Below are positions 13,534 through 27,300 of a stretch of DNA of 64,000 bases, piece by piece; the first letter of the stretch is position 1, and each line of letters begins with the position of its first letter. The stretch covers positions 355,012,001 to 355,076,000 of the forward strand of contig OZ024742.1 in the NCBI GenBank assembly GCA_964016885.1, read 5' to 3'. A model generated the notes under the pieces. The model was not told the DNA's origin, did no database searches, and was given only the letters and a program-made list of their open reading frames with translations. The DNA comes from Eledone cirrhosa (lineage: Eukaryota). The translations under genes were made by a program, and so were the position numbers.

Positions 13534-13575
<42 letters not shown>

Positions 13576-13578
<3 letters not shown>

Positions 13579-13800
13579 GCTGTAGAGTTGCAAGTAAAGG
13601 CGTCCGTAGGCGGTATACGAGTTAAGCATTTTTAGAACAGCAGGGATGTTTGAACACAAGTCATATCTGAAGAACCTTCGAATGCAGACTCGGGTTCGAT
13701 CAGTAACAGATGCAGCCTCGAGCTGATCGACAGAGAAACATACGTAATATGTTAATAAATTATGGTTTGATGCGTTACTGATTCTTCGTTCATTATAATA
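13576..13800 (+). mobile_element. Solo pLTR-like fragment with HHR (13662-13751) having a long helix II insert
   Basis: catat-CTGAAGA-(61 nt)-GAAA-catacg-TA-atatg, then AATAAA; flanked by TA. Confidence 0.55.
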
Positions 13801-13841
13801 TATATACTGTTATGATATTTTCGGTGTACTATATTGTTATA

Positions 13842-14000
13842 TTATTGCCAGAAATAATAACAGAACACACTCACTGTTTGGTTGGTTTTCGCTTCTGTAT
13901 CTCTTATATCTCCAAATAAGTTAACTATGGAGATATAAAAGATACAGAAGCGAAAACCAACCAATCAGTGAGTCTGTTCTTTTATTATTTCTGGCAATAT
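13842..14000. repeat. ~160-bp fold-back hairpin
   Basis: 'atattgccagaaataataa...ctcca' and 'tggag...ttattatttctggcaatat' are reverse complements. Confidence 0.85.
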
Positions 14001-14220
14001 ATATATATAAGCCTTAATTCCTTTAAATCTCCATCAACATCTCTTTACTCCAACACTCTTTAACAACACCAGCTTCCCTGCTTCCTTGACACACCCACAT
14101 CTCTTATATATAGAGTCACACACCACAACACAACCTGAGATAAATTCGATAATCGCCACGGACGAATACGAGAACGTTCTCCAAGAAAGTGTTATATATA
14201 TATATATATTTATATATATA

Positions 14221-14531
14221 TTCAGGTTTGAGGTTCACCACTGGATATAGTTGGTCAATTCCATATGCTCAATCGCAATGTAATAATATAGAGAGTACTC
14301 AACGTAAAGCAGTTCAACCGTCTTTGTTTTTGTGGTTGGTGGTGCTATTACGGATTTAAATATTATAATGAAATGACAGGTGGCTGGATTTGTGTAAATC
14401 CTTGAAAGGTTGATTATACTATGATCATTTCAATGACCGGGTTCCGTATGAATCCGGTGATATCATCAGGTATTTGAAACCTATAAGTGAATGTAATAGA
14501 TAAAATCCATGCAGCTGAAAATCAAGGACCC

Positions 14532-14532
<1 letters not shown>
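14221..14532 (-). mobile_element. Solo pLTR-like fragment with canonical HHR (14416-14473)
   Basis: atac-CTGATGA-t atcaccgg...ccggtcat t-GAAA-tgatca-TA-gtat on minus strand; TA tracts on both sides. Confidence 0.65.
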
Positions 14533-14599
<67 letters not shown>

Positions 14600-14650
14600 T
14601 CGTACATATATATATATATATACATATATATATACATATATATATACATA

Positions 14651-14685
<35 letters not shown>

Positions 14686-14740
14686 ACATATATATATATA
14701 TATATATATGTATACATATATATATATATATATATATATA

Positions 14741-16426
14741 ACTTTGAATAACTTTGAAATGTTTTGGCCAGTATTGGCCCAGGCCATGTCTAACTTAATA
14801 GCACCACCTGGCGAAGTCTTTCAATTCAGGATTTGGGCACCATGGCCCATTCGAGAAGAGAATTACTGTTTGCGGAGACATATCCGGGTGTGGGTGGTTT
14901 GTCCGGGATTACTTGGAGGAATTTGTCCAAAGACTTCTTGAATTTTGTGTGGTCAGTTTCTGTTTTGACGTGTCCTGGTGTGATGTTGAAGAGAGCAGGG
15001 CCGATTGAGGTGAAATAATTGTGCCGTATTGTTGTTATGAGTTGCGATTTAGATTTTTGAATGGGACGGATAGCACGGGGCCCAAGCCTTGGGTGTATCT
15101 TGAAGGCGATGCCAACATCATTTGGGCAGTGATGATGGAACATTTTCCACATCATGCAGATAATATAACGCTCACGGCGACGTTGGAGTGAGTAAAGTTT
15201 CAGGTTTTCCAATCGACCCCAGTAGTCAAGGTCTGACATGCCATCTATCTTTTTCGTGATTGCCCTTTGAGGAGCTTCAAGTTTCATGATACTTTGTTTC
15301 GTGTGGGGAGACCACAGTGGACAACAGTATTCAAGGTGTGGTCGGGCGAAAGTAGAGAAGAGAAGGATAATGGTGCGGGAATCTCTCGACTGGAAGGTTC
15401 TGAGGATCCAGGAACACATTCTGCGGGCCATGTCAACTTTGCTGCTTATATGCGTGGTCCAGCTTATGTTGCTGTCCACGGTTACTCCCAAGTCTCTGAT
15501 GTTGTTAGATGCCACGAGAGTTTCCCCGGAGGGAAGGGAGTACGGGAGTTTCAGAGCATCCTCTTTTCCAAAGTGGATCAGTTCGAATTTGTCTTCGTTC
15601 AGTAGCATGTTGTTCTTTTCTGCCCATTGGGTAACAGCCAGTAGGTCTGACTGAAGGCTTATCCGGTCATCCACGCCATTGATGACCTTTTGGAGCTTGG
15701 AATCATCAGCGAAAATTTTAATGTTGCTGTGTTTGATGATGTCAGTGATGTCATTAATATAGATGATGAAGAGAAGTGGGCCCAACACAGTGCCTTGTGG
15801 GACTCCACTACTGACTTTGGCTGGGCTTGATTTGACTCCCTCAACTACAACATGTTGGGTTCTGTTTGACAGGAAGCTCTTGATCCACTGCAGCAGCTTT
15901 CCAGTGACACCAATATTGGACAGCTTTCTCAGTAGAATGTTATGATCAACCCTGTCAAAGGCCTTGCTGAAATCAAGGTAGATAACATCAGTGTTGGAAC
16001 CCTCTCCCAAGGCTCTCAAAATGTCATCAAAGTGATGCAGTAGTTGCGTCAGGCAATCCCTTCCATTACGGAATCCATGCTGGTTGGAGTTCAGCATATT
16101 GTTACTCTCAAGGAAGTGGGTCATTCGCGATCTCACCACTCGCTCAAATACCTTAATGATATGAGAGGTGAGTGAGATTGGACGGTAATTCACGGCAAGG
16201 GATTTGTTTCCCTTTTTGAAAACTGGGACAACAGACTGGGATAGAAGGTTTTCTGGCACATATCCAGCATCCAGTGAGTTCCGCCACAGATTGGCAAGAG
16301 GAGAAGCAAGTTGGTGTTGACACGCCTTCAAGACACAAGCAGGGAACCTATCGGGACCTACTGCTGAATTATGCTTGATTTCCTTTATTGCCGCCAAGAC
16401 ATCAGGGGCGCCAAACGTTATGTCCG
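14741..16426 (-). mobile_element. 5'-truncated young non-LTR retrotransposon (CR1/L2-group RT) inserted in (TA)n
   Basis: Uninterrupted ~530-aa RT ([41 protein letters not shown]), stop at 14826, short 3' UTR ending in repeated TTCAAAGTTA. The listed ORF's YIYI N-terminus is microsatellite read-through. Confidence 0.92.
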
Positions 16427-16474
16427 ATATATATATATATATATATATGTATACATATATATATATATATATGT

Positions 16475-16583
<109 letters not shown>

Positions 16584-16703
16584 GAGGTGAGTTTTATTGT
16601 AGCACAATAAAGCAATGCAAATATCGGATAAGTAGCACTCTACAGTTGGTAGGACTGGAGTATAAATAATATAAGATCAAAAGATGGTTAAAAGAGTTCC
16701 AAG

Positions 16704-16774
16704 TATTTTATTATGCGGATTTCAAAACCTAATATCATCATGAGATGGTATCTGCGTTTTCATCAGATAAAATA
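16704..16774 (-). ncRNA. Minimal type I HHR
   Basis: tattttat-CTGATGA-aaac...gtttt-GAAA-tccgca-TA-ataaaata; family copies at 18628-18698 (+) and 31747-31817 (-). Confidence 0.75.
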
Positions 16775-18627
16775 GGGATACATGACATGAAGTTTAAACA
16801 ACACTTGTGAATACTGAAGATTTAAATCAACATATGAAAAATAATTTAATATTGATGTGTGATATTAGGAAAAAAAATGAGGGGGGGTGGAAAAGGGTAA
16901 GAAAGAGGAGGAGATGAGAGTAGAAAATTGTGGGGGAGGAGTATAAGAAGGAAGGATGAGAGAGGAGGAGAGATGTGTGATAGAGAGAGAGATAACCTTT
17001 ACAACTGAGAAAAAAATATATCTTGTCTCACAGAGAGAAGTTAAAAAGCCGTTGGAAGTTAATAGATAATTTAAAAGAATTTGAAATTAAAAGTTGATGA
17101 GCAGAAAAAGGGGTTAAGAATAATATTAAATTAAGGTTTGTATATTGAAGGGTTTAATAATATGTGCGAGGAAAAGATATAATTCAACAATGAATACTGG
17201 ACTAGAGCTGATACCTCCAACAACTTTGATATCACAATGGGTGCTTCCGATTCATCGTAATTGACTGATTTGATTAGTATTTTTATTTTGAATTCTTTAA
17301 ATCGGAAAATACCTCAACTTCGTGGTGGAATTTATCGTGATGATGGACTTTTTACTATCTTAAATTGCAATTAAATAACCTTAATATTATTAAGAACAAT
17401 ATACGTGATCTCTTTAAGTAACATAACCTTAAAATCGAATTTGATAACAACGTCAAACTAGTTAACTTCTTGGATATATCCCTTAATCTTCACACTGGCC
17501 TATATTACCCTTACCATAAAAACAATGAGAATCTAAATTATGTTAACTTTAAATCTAACCACCCGACTAACATTAAAAATCCTATAGTTAGTAATATTGG
17601 AAAAAGAATATCAAACCTATCCTCTAATAAAAATATATTTGATGCTAACGCCAATTACTATAATAATGCGCTATCTAAAGCCGGTTATCCTGAGAAAATT
17701 AAATATAGTAAAGAAACCGATCCTAGAAGGTCTTACAGTAAAATAATTAATTATGATCATTCCAATAACTTAAATATAAGATATAGATACACAAATATAA
17801 TGTGGTATAATGCTACTTTCTCTATTTCTATTAATAATAATATACCTAAACTATTCTTTAGGGCCTTAGATAAATGCTTCCCTCCCTCACATATCTATAG
17901 TAAAATATTTAACAAACATACAATAGTATTTTCCTCCTCCAACATCTCCAACATTATCTCTAAACACAACAATAAAATATTAAATATTAAATCACATCCT
18001 TCCAATACTGAATGTCATAATAATAGCAGTAGTACTCCCGACGTCATTGTTAACTCTACGCTAGATTCTGCAAACTCAAATACGACGTCAAACGTAACTT
18101 CGTTGAATGTTCATAATACTAATGTAAATCAGGAAACTATTATTCCTATCGTAAATAACTTCTCCAATCCAATTCCTCCTATAAATAACACTAGATCACT
18201 TGATAATAACTCTATTAACTTCTCTAATCGCAATTGTAATTGCCCTGTTAAAACTAAATGTCCTCTCAATAACCATTGTCTTGAAAAAACTTAGTCTATG
18301 AATGTAAAGTTATAACTGATACCAATTCCTTCACCTATTTCGGTTCCACTTCCACCTCCTTCAAAGTGAGATTTTATAATCACAATTCGTCTTTTAGATA
18401 CCAACTTAAAGGAACTAACACGGCACTCTCAGAACTCATATGGTCCTTGAAAGACAACAATATTAAATATAACATCTCTTGGAGGAAAGTTTCTTCTGCC
18501 TCTCCCTACTTGAATGCCTTCCTATCCAGAACGTGTAGTCTTTGCCTGTCTGAAAAATTATTTTTCATATGTTGATTTAAAACTTCACTATTCACAAGTG
18601 TTTTTTAACCTTCATATCATGTATCCC

Positions 18628-18698
18628 TATTTTATCTGATGAAAACGCAGATACCATCTCATGATGATATTTGCTTTTGAAATGCGCTTAATAAAATA
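18628..18698 (+). ncRNA. Minimal type I HHR
   Basis: tattttat-CTGATGA-aaac...tttt-GAAA-tgcgct-TA-ataaaata. Confidence 0.7.
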
Positions 18699-18911
18699 CT
18701 TGCAACTCTTTTAACCATCTGTTGATCTCATATTATATATATATATATATATAATATGAGATCAAAAGATGGTTAAAAAAGTTCCAAGTATGTTGTTATT
18801 ATATATATATATATATATAACGAAGGAAATGTGGTAAGGAACCAGGTGGACCACAACGTACCAAAGTACTCAATACTCGGGGTAGTAGAGTGGGTAATAG
18901 GAACCAGTAAG

Positions 18912-19005
18912 AACCCGACGGCTGAGCTCAAGCCGTTTCGACGGCTAATTCTGGACTAAATGAAAATGTATCCTGGTATTTAAATAGCCGATCTTCTCAA
19001 GGGGT
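18912..19005 (-). ncRNA. Type I HHR with U3-A8 core (TTGAGAA) and full helix III
   Basis: acccc-TTGAGAA-gatcggcta...tagccgtc-GAAA-cggct tgagctc agccg-TC-gggtt. The mirror copy at 22151-22243 has a 1-nt core deletion. Confidence 0.75.
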
Positions 19006-20100
19006 AATTCCATATATGGTCAAAGTGATTGTCAAAAGTCAGTAGTAATTCTGTGATTGCAAATTAGTAAGGGAGATGGTGGCTAAACCTGCCAGTAGGA
19101 GAAAGAGGGGAGGGGGTCGAGTAGACCCAATCAAGCGTTGGTAGTGCCAGCTACAGCTGGGCATGAGGTCAAAGAAGATACTGGTAGGGGGAGGGGGAGG
19201 AAGTCGGAACGGTAGGTAGAACAATGAGGGGTAAAAATATATATGAAAGAAAAAATACTGAGAGTGAAGAAAAGCGAATAAGTGTAAAGAAAAAAGTAAA
19301 GCAAGTTCTACGACCTAAGTCTCTAGCTATTGTTAGGCTAGATAAATAAATTAATAAAGAAAGAAAGAAGTAAATAAATAAATAAATAAATAACGAAATA
19401 AGTAAATGAACTAGGTGGGACGAAATAGGCAAGGACCCTTTTAAGAGGTATAAGTACGTAAATCATACGGTGACAGGTCAACAAATGGGGCCAAAATACT
19501 ACAGAGACTACCACGAAATAAATAATAAAGGTTTCTATCCCGGGCACAATGCCAGCAACCACCCAGTGCAGCAAAGTAAACTAGTACGAGATAATAATTC
19601 TGAGTCACGAAAAAAATATATACTAATGCTAACTCTAAATGATCTTAAACGAGCTACATGAAAGTTCGTACGAAGTAAAGGTAGAATACGGAAAAATAAA
19701 TTCAGAATCCACCCCGCCCAAAAGAAAAGCGAAGAAAGAAATACTGAAACGAGAAAATAAGGCATAAGTGACACTAAGAAATATAGAAGTCACGGAAAAT
19801 AGTGGGAGCGGTCGGAAAAATGGGGCAAGTATCCGGGGTCTAAACCAACTGCTATAAAAAGCGGAGTCCGCCAAATCTATCATAGACTAAGGGAGGGGGT
19901 GGGGGTACTAAGGCTACAAGGGGCCAAAAGGCAGCCTCGGATGGGCGAGAAAAGACGCCGACAAAGGAGAAGAGCCGGGGTAGAAGGACTAAGGAGGGAT
20001 GGGGGAAGGAAATAAAGAAAGCGAGAAAAGAATAAAAAGAAGATCTTACGTCTCCCTTGGCAAGCAGGGGTTACCCATTGCAAAATAGGCAAGTGGGGTG

Positions 20101-21879
20101 TTATAGCCCTAGTCTACCCCCCGGGTCATTATGGGGTTTGAGGGCGAGGTAAGTCCTACGCAATCTATGTTTACATGCAGTAACCAGTTCATCTTTCTTG
20201 TTTAGGAGTTGGTCCGTCGAAAACAGCATTTGTAAAGTTTCCTGCGAGCATAAATTGCACGGACGGCGTCCTCCCGTGTAAGAATTGGCTCTGGACAGTA
20301 ATCTCCAAGTGAGATCATAGGTGATGTTGTTGTCCTTGAGGTCCCATATGTGGCCCGAAAGTGTAGTGGCGTGAGGCCGGGCCGGGTTTCGGAAGGTATG
20401 TCTATGTTGGTATAGCCGGGTCTTGAAATCACATGCGGTAAGTCCTATATAGGCTTTGTTGGAGGTATCCGTCCTCACGTTGCACTTGTAGATCACATTA
20501 CGGTCTCTGCATCTATTGTCGAGTGGGCAAATGGATCTATCCGGACAGTTACACCTCCTGGTCGGTTCTCCACTGCTATTTAGGTTATTCCTGCCATCGG
20601 GGTTGAGTTTTTTGTTGTTAGAGGAGAGGATGTTTTGTGCGAAGTTTGGTGTAGTGCTGTAAGAGAGTTTGATGGTATTTTTGTTAATTATGTTGTGGTA
20701 GCGGTGTTGTAGTGGGAAGTGTTTTTCAATGAGCCTAAATAATAGTTTCCCGATGGGAGTTGTCACCTCTGCGTTGTGGGGAGGATTGAACCATGTTACA
20801 TTGCGTGAGCGGCGGTGTCTCCTGCTGGTTCCGCTAATGGGAGCTGGACAGTAGGATATTTCCTCCCGGAAACCACTCCGCTTGAGGGCCTGGTTGTAAT
20901 AAGGCGCATGTTCATCGAATATCCGCTCATTAGCTGACAAACAGGATATGCGGAGGGAGATGTTTTTGACCAGGTTGTTTGTGATGGTCCTAGGATGGTT
21001 TGATCGGCGGTGGATGTAGTGCAGGTTGTCATTAGGTTTCCTGTATGGGTAGTACAGGTCGTTTTCGAGGTCGAGGGTCACGTCCAGGAAGTTTATTCGG
21101 GTCAGGGACGTTTGTAGGGTTATTTTAAATCGCCAGTCGCGGAAGAAGCTGATTAATTGTTTCCGGACCCGATCTGTACTACTGGGGTTGTACCCTTTAA
21201 GGGTAAGGAGCCCATCATCACGGTACAAACCACCACCGAATGCAGGAAACATATCAGTGAGTTTGGCTATTAGGAATAATCCTATAAGATCTGTGACCTC
21301 CGCCGAATCCGTGGCGCCCATGCTGACGTCGAAGGGTGAGTTGGGAGCTCTTTTTATCCAGTTAGAGTCGTCAAAGAGTAAGACTGTCTTCCTGGCGTGG
21401 ATGATGATTTTTCTTTCCTGGTCGGTGATGGGAACAAGTGTTTCGGCGAAGTCCAAGGCGGCAGTAAGTAGCGGTAAGGTGATTGAAGCATAGTAGCTCT
21501 CTATGTCGAACTGTATGAATTTAGTGTCTCGTTTATCCTCCATATTGCTGAACCATGAGATTACTTCCTGGGTGTTGAACCATAAGCTAAGTCGGGCGTG
21601 TTGCTTGACTTTTGTTATCACGCGGTCTAGGATTTTTTTGCTGATTCTCCCTATGTCGGACTTCGTTGGGTTAATAAGCCTGATAGAGGGTTTACGGTCA
21701 AAATCGGATTTATGGTCCTTCAGTGTGAGGTATGGTATCCGTGGGTCTAGAGGTTCCGTGCGGTCGGCGACCCCGAGGCTGGAGGTAATTTGTTGTCCAT
21801 CTCGATTTTTGTCCTCGATGCAAGAGTGGTTGGCCTTTTTATAGGTGGAGTTTAGGCTGCTCCTGATCAGTGTGTGGTA
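20101..21879 (-). CDS. PLE reverse transcriptase + GIY-YIG endonuclease (5' partial, open frame)
   Basis: LKDHK, RLINPTKSDIG, QFDIESYY, GGLYRDD, NFLDVT, SNHP, WFNPP, CNCPDRSICPLDNRC, IYKC..YIGLT, RLYQH, CNLCSQE, CKH. The first ~47 aa of the listed 639-aa ORF come from the inverted arm. Confidence 0.9.
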   Translation of the reverse strand, partial: YHTLIRSSLNSTYKKANHSCIEDKNRDGQQITSSLGVADRTEPLDPRIPYLTLKDHKSDFDRKPSIRLINPTKSDIGRISKKILDRVITKVKQHARLSLWFNTQEVISWFSNMEDKRDTKFIQFDIESYYASITLPLLTAALDFAETLVPITDQERKIIIHARKTVLLFDDSNWIKRAPNSPFDVSMGATDSAEVTDLIGLFLIAKLTDMFPAFGGGLYRDDGLLTLKGYNPSSTDRVRKQLISFFRDWRFKITLQTSLTRINFLDVTLDLENDLYYPYRKPNDNLHYIHRRSNHPRTITNNLVKNISLRISCLSANERIFDEHAPYYNQALKRSGFREEISYCPAPISGTSRRHRRSRNVTWFNPPHNAEVTTPIGKLLFRLIEKHFPLQHRYHNIINKNTIKLSYSTTPNFAQNILSSNNKKLNPDGRNNLNSSGEPTRRCNCPDRSICPLDNRCRDRNVIYKCNVRTDTSNKAYIGLTACDFKTRLYQHRHTFRNPARPHATTLSGHIWDLKDNNITYDLTWRLLSRANSYTGGRRPCNLCSQETLQMLFSTDQLLNKKDELVTACKHRLRRTYLALKPHNDPGGRLGL

Positions 21880-22253
21880 TCTTATTCGCTTTTCTTCACT
21901 CTCAGTATTTTTTCTTTCATATATATTTTTACCCCTCGTTGTTCTACCTACCGTTCCGACGTCCTCCCCCTTCCCAGTATCTTCTTTGACCTCATGCCCA
22001 ACTGTAGCTGGCACTACCAACGCTTGATTGGGTCTACTCCACCCTCCCCTCTATCTCCTACTGGCAGGTTTAGCCACCATCTCCCCTACTAATTTGCAAT
22101 CACAGAATTACTACTGACTTTTGACAATAACTTTGACCATATATGGAATTACCCCTTGGAAGATCGGCTATTTAAATACCAGGATAAATTTTCATTTAGT
22201 CCAGAATTAGCCGTCGAAACGGCTTGAGCTCAGCCGTCGGGGTCTTACTGGTT

Positions 22254-22282
<29 letters not shown>

Positions 22283-22288
<6 letters not shown>

Positions 22289-22607
22289 TAAAAGACAGAT
22301 TACAGTTTAACCAAAGAATCGATGCTTTCACCCTTAACGTGATCTTCTGAAACTAACAAAGTCAATCTGAGATCGCAGAAGTGAATATTTCCAAAAACAT
22401 TGCAAGATTCTTTTGAAATATTCACTTCTGCGTTCGCAGATTGACTTTGTTAGTTTCAGGAGATCCCTTTAAGGGTGAAATCAGCGATTGTACCTTGAAA
22501 TTTAATCTGTTATTTTAATAAATACTTGCTCTACGATTCTTATATATTTGATATGTATTTATCCTTATTGAGCCCCCTTTCGATTTTAGTCTTCAACGTA
22601 TTATTAT

Positions 22608-22610
<3 letters not shown>
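22283..22610. repeat. Fold-back element (arms ~22283-22392 and ~22412-22523) plus tail, in (TA)n
   Basis: Imperfect reverse-complement arms ending in aataaat. Confidence 0.75.
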
Positions 22611-22671
<61 letters not shown>

Positions 22672-23026
22672 GGGACAACAGGTTATCGTTATAGGAAGTC
22701 GACTTAGATGTAGTCCAGTATAATAAACCGAAAATATTCATCTGTCAAACAATAAGTAAATCTCCAGTTTATTGCCAGAATACCTACGGCATAGTAGATA
22801 CCTCATAAATCCTGTCTCCAACTAAATTTTAGTGGTTAATGATATCTCGTCGCCAAGTTAACACTATATCTAATGTACCCTATAGCAGTTTTCACATGTT
22901 AATTTCATACATCTGTATCAAATCAATTTGTTTAACATGAAACGTACCAGATCAAAGAAACAATTGTCAGCAATGTGAATAAAGCCCTTATTGTATAGCG
23001 AACCACGTCATTCTTCTTTCTTGAAT

Positions 23027-23170
<144 letters not shown>

Positions 23171-23177
23171 AAATTAA

Positions 23178-23222
23178 GATAAATTAAATTAAATTAAATT
23201 AAATTAAATTAAATTAAATTAA
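23178..23222. repeat. (TTAAA)n pentanucleotide microsatellite
   Basis: Direct reading. Confidence 0.9.
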
Positions 23223-23299
23223 GGGTGTCATGCCAGATAGACATGCGCCATATTACCCGTAAAATATGGTCAAAGATTCTAATGAATAGATCCGAGCAT

Positions 23300-23505
23300 T
23301 TTATATCAACTAGAAATTGATTGACATATGAATAAACATATGAAAATATCAGAGGGAATAATTTGTAAAAGTGTGTAAACACATAGCTAAGTAGGTAACT
23401 AAGTAAAGTTTAACCAGAACTTCAAAATTAGATACCTCATAAATTATCCCCTGTGATTGTTTCATATGTTTATTTATACGTCAATAAATTTCTAGTTCAT
23501 AGTTT

Positions 23506-23507
<2 letters not shown>
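23300..23507. repeat. Degenerate fold-back (arms ~23300-23365 and ~23441-23507)
   Basis: aactagaaatt.attgac.tat.aataaacatatgaaa versus its reverse complement. Confidence 0.65.
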
Positions 23508-23597
<90 letters not shown>

Positions 23598-23652
23598 TGT
23601 GTGTGTATATATGTGTATATATATATGTGTGTGTAAATATATATATATATAT

Positions 23653-24176
<524 letters not shown>

Positions 24177-24319
24177 ATAAATTTACAAGAAACGAAACGA
24201 GTTGTGTGGTTACTGTAAACACAGTTGAAGACGGGCGGAACAAGAGAAGAAATCCTTCACCGCACATCATAGTTATTTCGGCGCTATATATATATATAAA
24301 TAAATAAATATATATATAT

Positions 24320-27300
24320 ACCCCTATCAAATCTATGACGAAAATCCCAGAACACATAGACAGATCTATATCCCTACAAAAAAAAAAACGAAGATCCCCC
24401 AATACAAGACATGACCCGAACGCAGATCACACCCACACAAAACCCATTCCAAATCCGTAGACCCCTGCCCACACAGAACCCGATCCAAGATCGTAGATCC
24501 CAACCCACACAAAGGAACAACATCTACAAACTGCACAATCAACAAACCGAACCTCAATATGTCCGAAACTTCTATACAAAACCACACAAGAACAGGGGAA
24601 TAACATGACATATAATAATGATTTCTTATAATAATACCATTGAAAACACATTCCAGAAAAATCATTTTTTAGACCAAGGCTACAGGCCCGACGACACCCT
24701 GTGCCACAAACGAATTTTGAATAACCGAAAATAATCAACCTCTCAAATACAAACTTCTCAGCCCAACAAGTTAAAATTCTCTCCAAAAGACTGACATTCA
24801 CACCAACACCACAATGCTCTAACCTCAATGAGATAAATTATGATATATCACACTTCTGTAGAAAATTACGTCTCACAGAGGAATTATTTGACAAGGAGAA
24901 TAACGACCAAACAGAATAAAAGCAGCTACAACCCAACGAAATGTAGAAACAGAATTATAGACAAATTGTGTGACCACATAGCTACTTTCGCATACCATGA
25001 ACTACCGCAACCTTAACCCAAGACCAACACGAGTCGAAAGGAATGGGAGATTATCCATGAACTAAAAACAATATGGACATTATTATTAAGCAAGCGGACA
25101 AGGGAAGTACTGTAGTCATTATGGTTGCAAAAAAATATAAAAGTTCTATGTGCTCTCTCTTACAAAATACTAATTACTATGAAAGAGTAAAAAAAGTACC
25201 AGCAATCAAAAACAATGACCAGATTAAACACACTGATTTGTCGATACAAGGAAGACTTAACTCAAAAGGAACGCGATTATTTAACACATTTTCAATACAA
25301 AACCAGCACCCTTTACGGACTTCCGAAGATCCACAAGTGTAAAACAATTAACGATACCTGTAAACAATCCACCTCAGCCTGCGTGAACACACAATACCAC
25401 ACATAACTTAAATTAAAACCAATTGTAGCAGGCCCACAATGTGAAACACACAGACTGAGCAACTTTATAGACATACTACTAAACCAATTCTCAAACACAT
25501 ACCAATCCTTGTAAAAGACGATCTGGACCTCTTAAACCACCTCCTCAAACATGTCAACAACGACACTATTATTGTGTCTTTCGATGTTGTGAATCTCTAC
25601 ACAACGATCCCACATAAGTACGGACTAGAAGCAATAGGATTCTGGCTACATAAATATCCCAATGAGAAACCTGGCAGAATAGAAAGAAGCTTCATCACCG
25701 AGGGATTAAAATTTATCTTACTGAACAACTTTTTTGATTTAGATGGCAGTACTCACAGCAAATATCGGGGACTGCGATGTGTACAAAAGCCGCTCCATCT
25801 TATGCCAACTTAGTTATGGCAAACTTAGAAGTCCAGATATATGAACAGTTCAAATCAAAATACGGATTGAACTTACTCAAATATTTATCAGAATATTGGA
25901 AACGCTACTTGGATGATTGTCTCATTCTCTGGTCCCACAGACTCGACCAACTGAATGATTTCAAACATATAATTAACGACATCAATAACCACATCCAATT
26001 CACAATGGAATACAGCCAAGATCAACTCCCATTTCTGGACATTTTAATCTTAAAAAAAGACACACATATTGAAACTGACCTACACTACAAACCAACAGAT
26101 TCCAAACAATACCTGCTATTCACCTTCAACCATCCAAAGCAAACGGAGACGAACATTCTTTTTAACCTAGCAAGAAGGATTTGCACAATTGTCTCCAATT
26201 ATGAAAGGCGAAATAAAAGACTTCAAGAATTAAAGGAAATTCTACTCGAAAGACAGTACCCACCATTACTAATAAATAATGGAATAGAAAGGGCTAAATC
26301 AATAAGCATTGATGAATTACGAAAACAGAAACAAATTCAATGTACGTCCAATATTCAATCATATTTCTCAAGACACAATCCGAGATATGCGGAAGCTTAC
26401 AACACTATTCACAAGAATATACCACTATTAAAACAAGACCCAAGAATGAAAAAAAGCCCTTGAAACACACAAACTAATCGAAAGCAAAAGACAACCGAAA
26501 TCACCGAAAACATTACTCACCAATGCCAAATTACCTACCACAAAAGAACAACCAACTGTCAACAAATGTGGTCGCTCTAATTGTGGAACCTGCACACTCC
26601 TCATTGGAGGCACACCTATACACTTCAATCAGGACAAAATGTTGCTGTCAAAAATCCCTTCCATTGCTCATCAAAAAATCTACTTTCTGCCATTAAATAT
26701 AAAGGATGCAATGAAGATTATATAGGACAAACTAAACTCACACTCAGAAACAGAATGACAGTTCAGCGCCAACAATTACGAGATCCAACCAGGAGACAGA
26801 TATCACTAAGTGCACATCTAGACATATGCGCAAGTAATAAGACACCCAAATTCCAAGTCTTCCCATTTTACCTTTGCGCAGAACAAATACGAATAAACAA
26901 AGAAAATATGTTTATTCAAAAATATAGGCCAGCATTAAATATGGTTTAATATACATTATGCCAACACCCTAACATGCTAACCATCCAAACAGACACATAC
27001 ACAAACACATAATACCTACTTTAGAAAATAAAAACCCGAACTAAATAAACCTTAACATAGGTTTGCGCTGACATTACAACAGAACAAATACGAATAAATA
27101 AGGAAAATATGTTCATTCAAAAATATTTCTACTAACGGAATCACCCCCCCCCCCACAAAATATGTACTCTCTTCATCTTAACATGCTAACTATACTCCCA
27201 CACACACATAATACTCATACACACACACATAACACCCCCGCACACACACACAACTCCATCCCCCATTTCTACTAATAGAATCATTTTCCTACAAACATAC

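Larger units (their letters stand above)
16668..18790 (+). mobile_element. Decayed GLYRDD-type PLE (RT C-half + EN, ~17200-18575) with inverted pLTR arms
   Basis: NFDITMG..DS, GGIYRDDG, KSNHP, CNCPVKTKCPLNNHCL, RFYNH..SF, CSLCLSEK. 16668-16825 is the inverse of 18575-18737. Confidence 0.85.
18819..22256 (-). mobile_element. 5'-truncated young GLYRDD-type PLE with long 3' UTR and inverted pLTR arm (21882-22256 vs 18898-19280)
   Basis: Uninterrupted RT+EN frame, near-identical inverted arms, and (TA)n flanks. Confidence 0.92.

Noticed and set aside
21880-22020. N-terminal 47 aa of the 639-aa ORF as a true protein start
   Set aside because: It is the antisense of the inverted pLTR arm, fused in frame by chance at the inversion junction.
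22455-22495. HHR in the 22.3-22.5 kb fold-back
   Set aside because: GAAA and a possible helix II exist, but no convincing CUGANGA box or helix I.
23178-23222. Telomeric repeat
   Set aside because: (TTAAA)n, not TTAGGG; short and internal.
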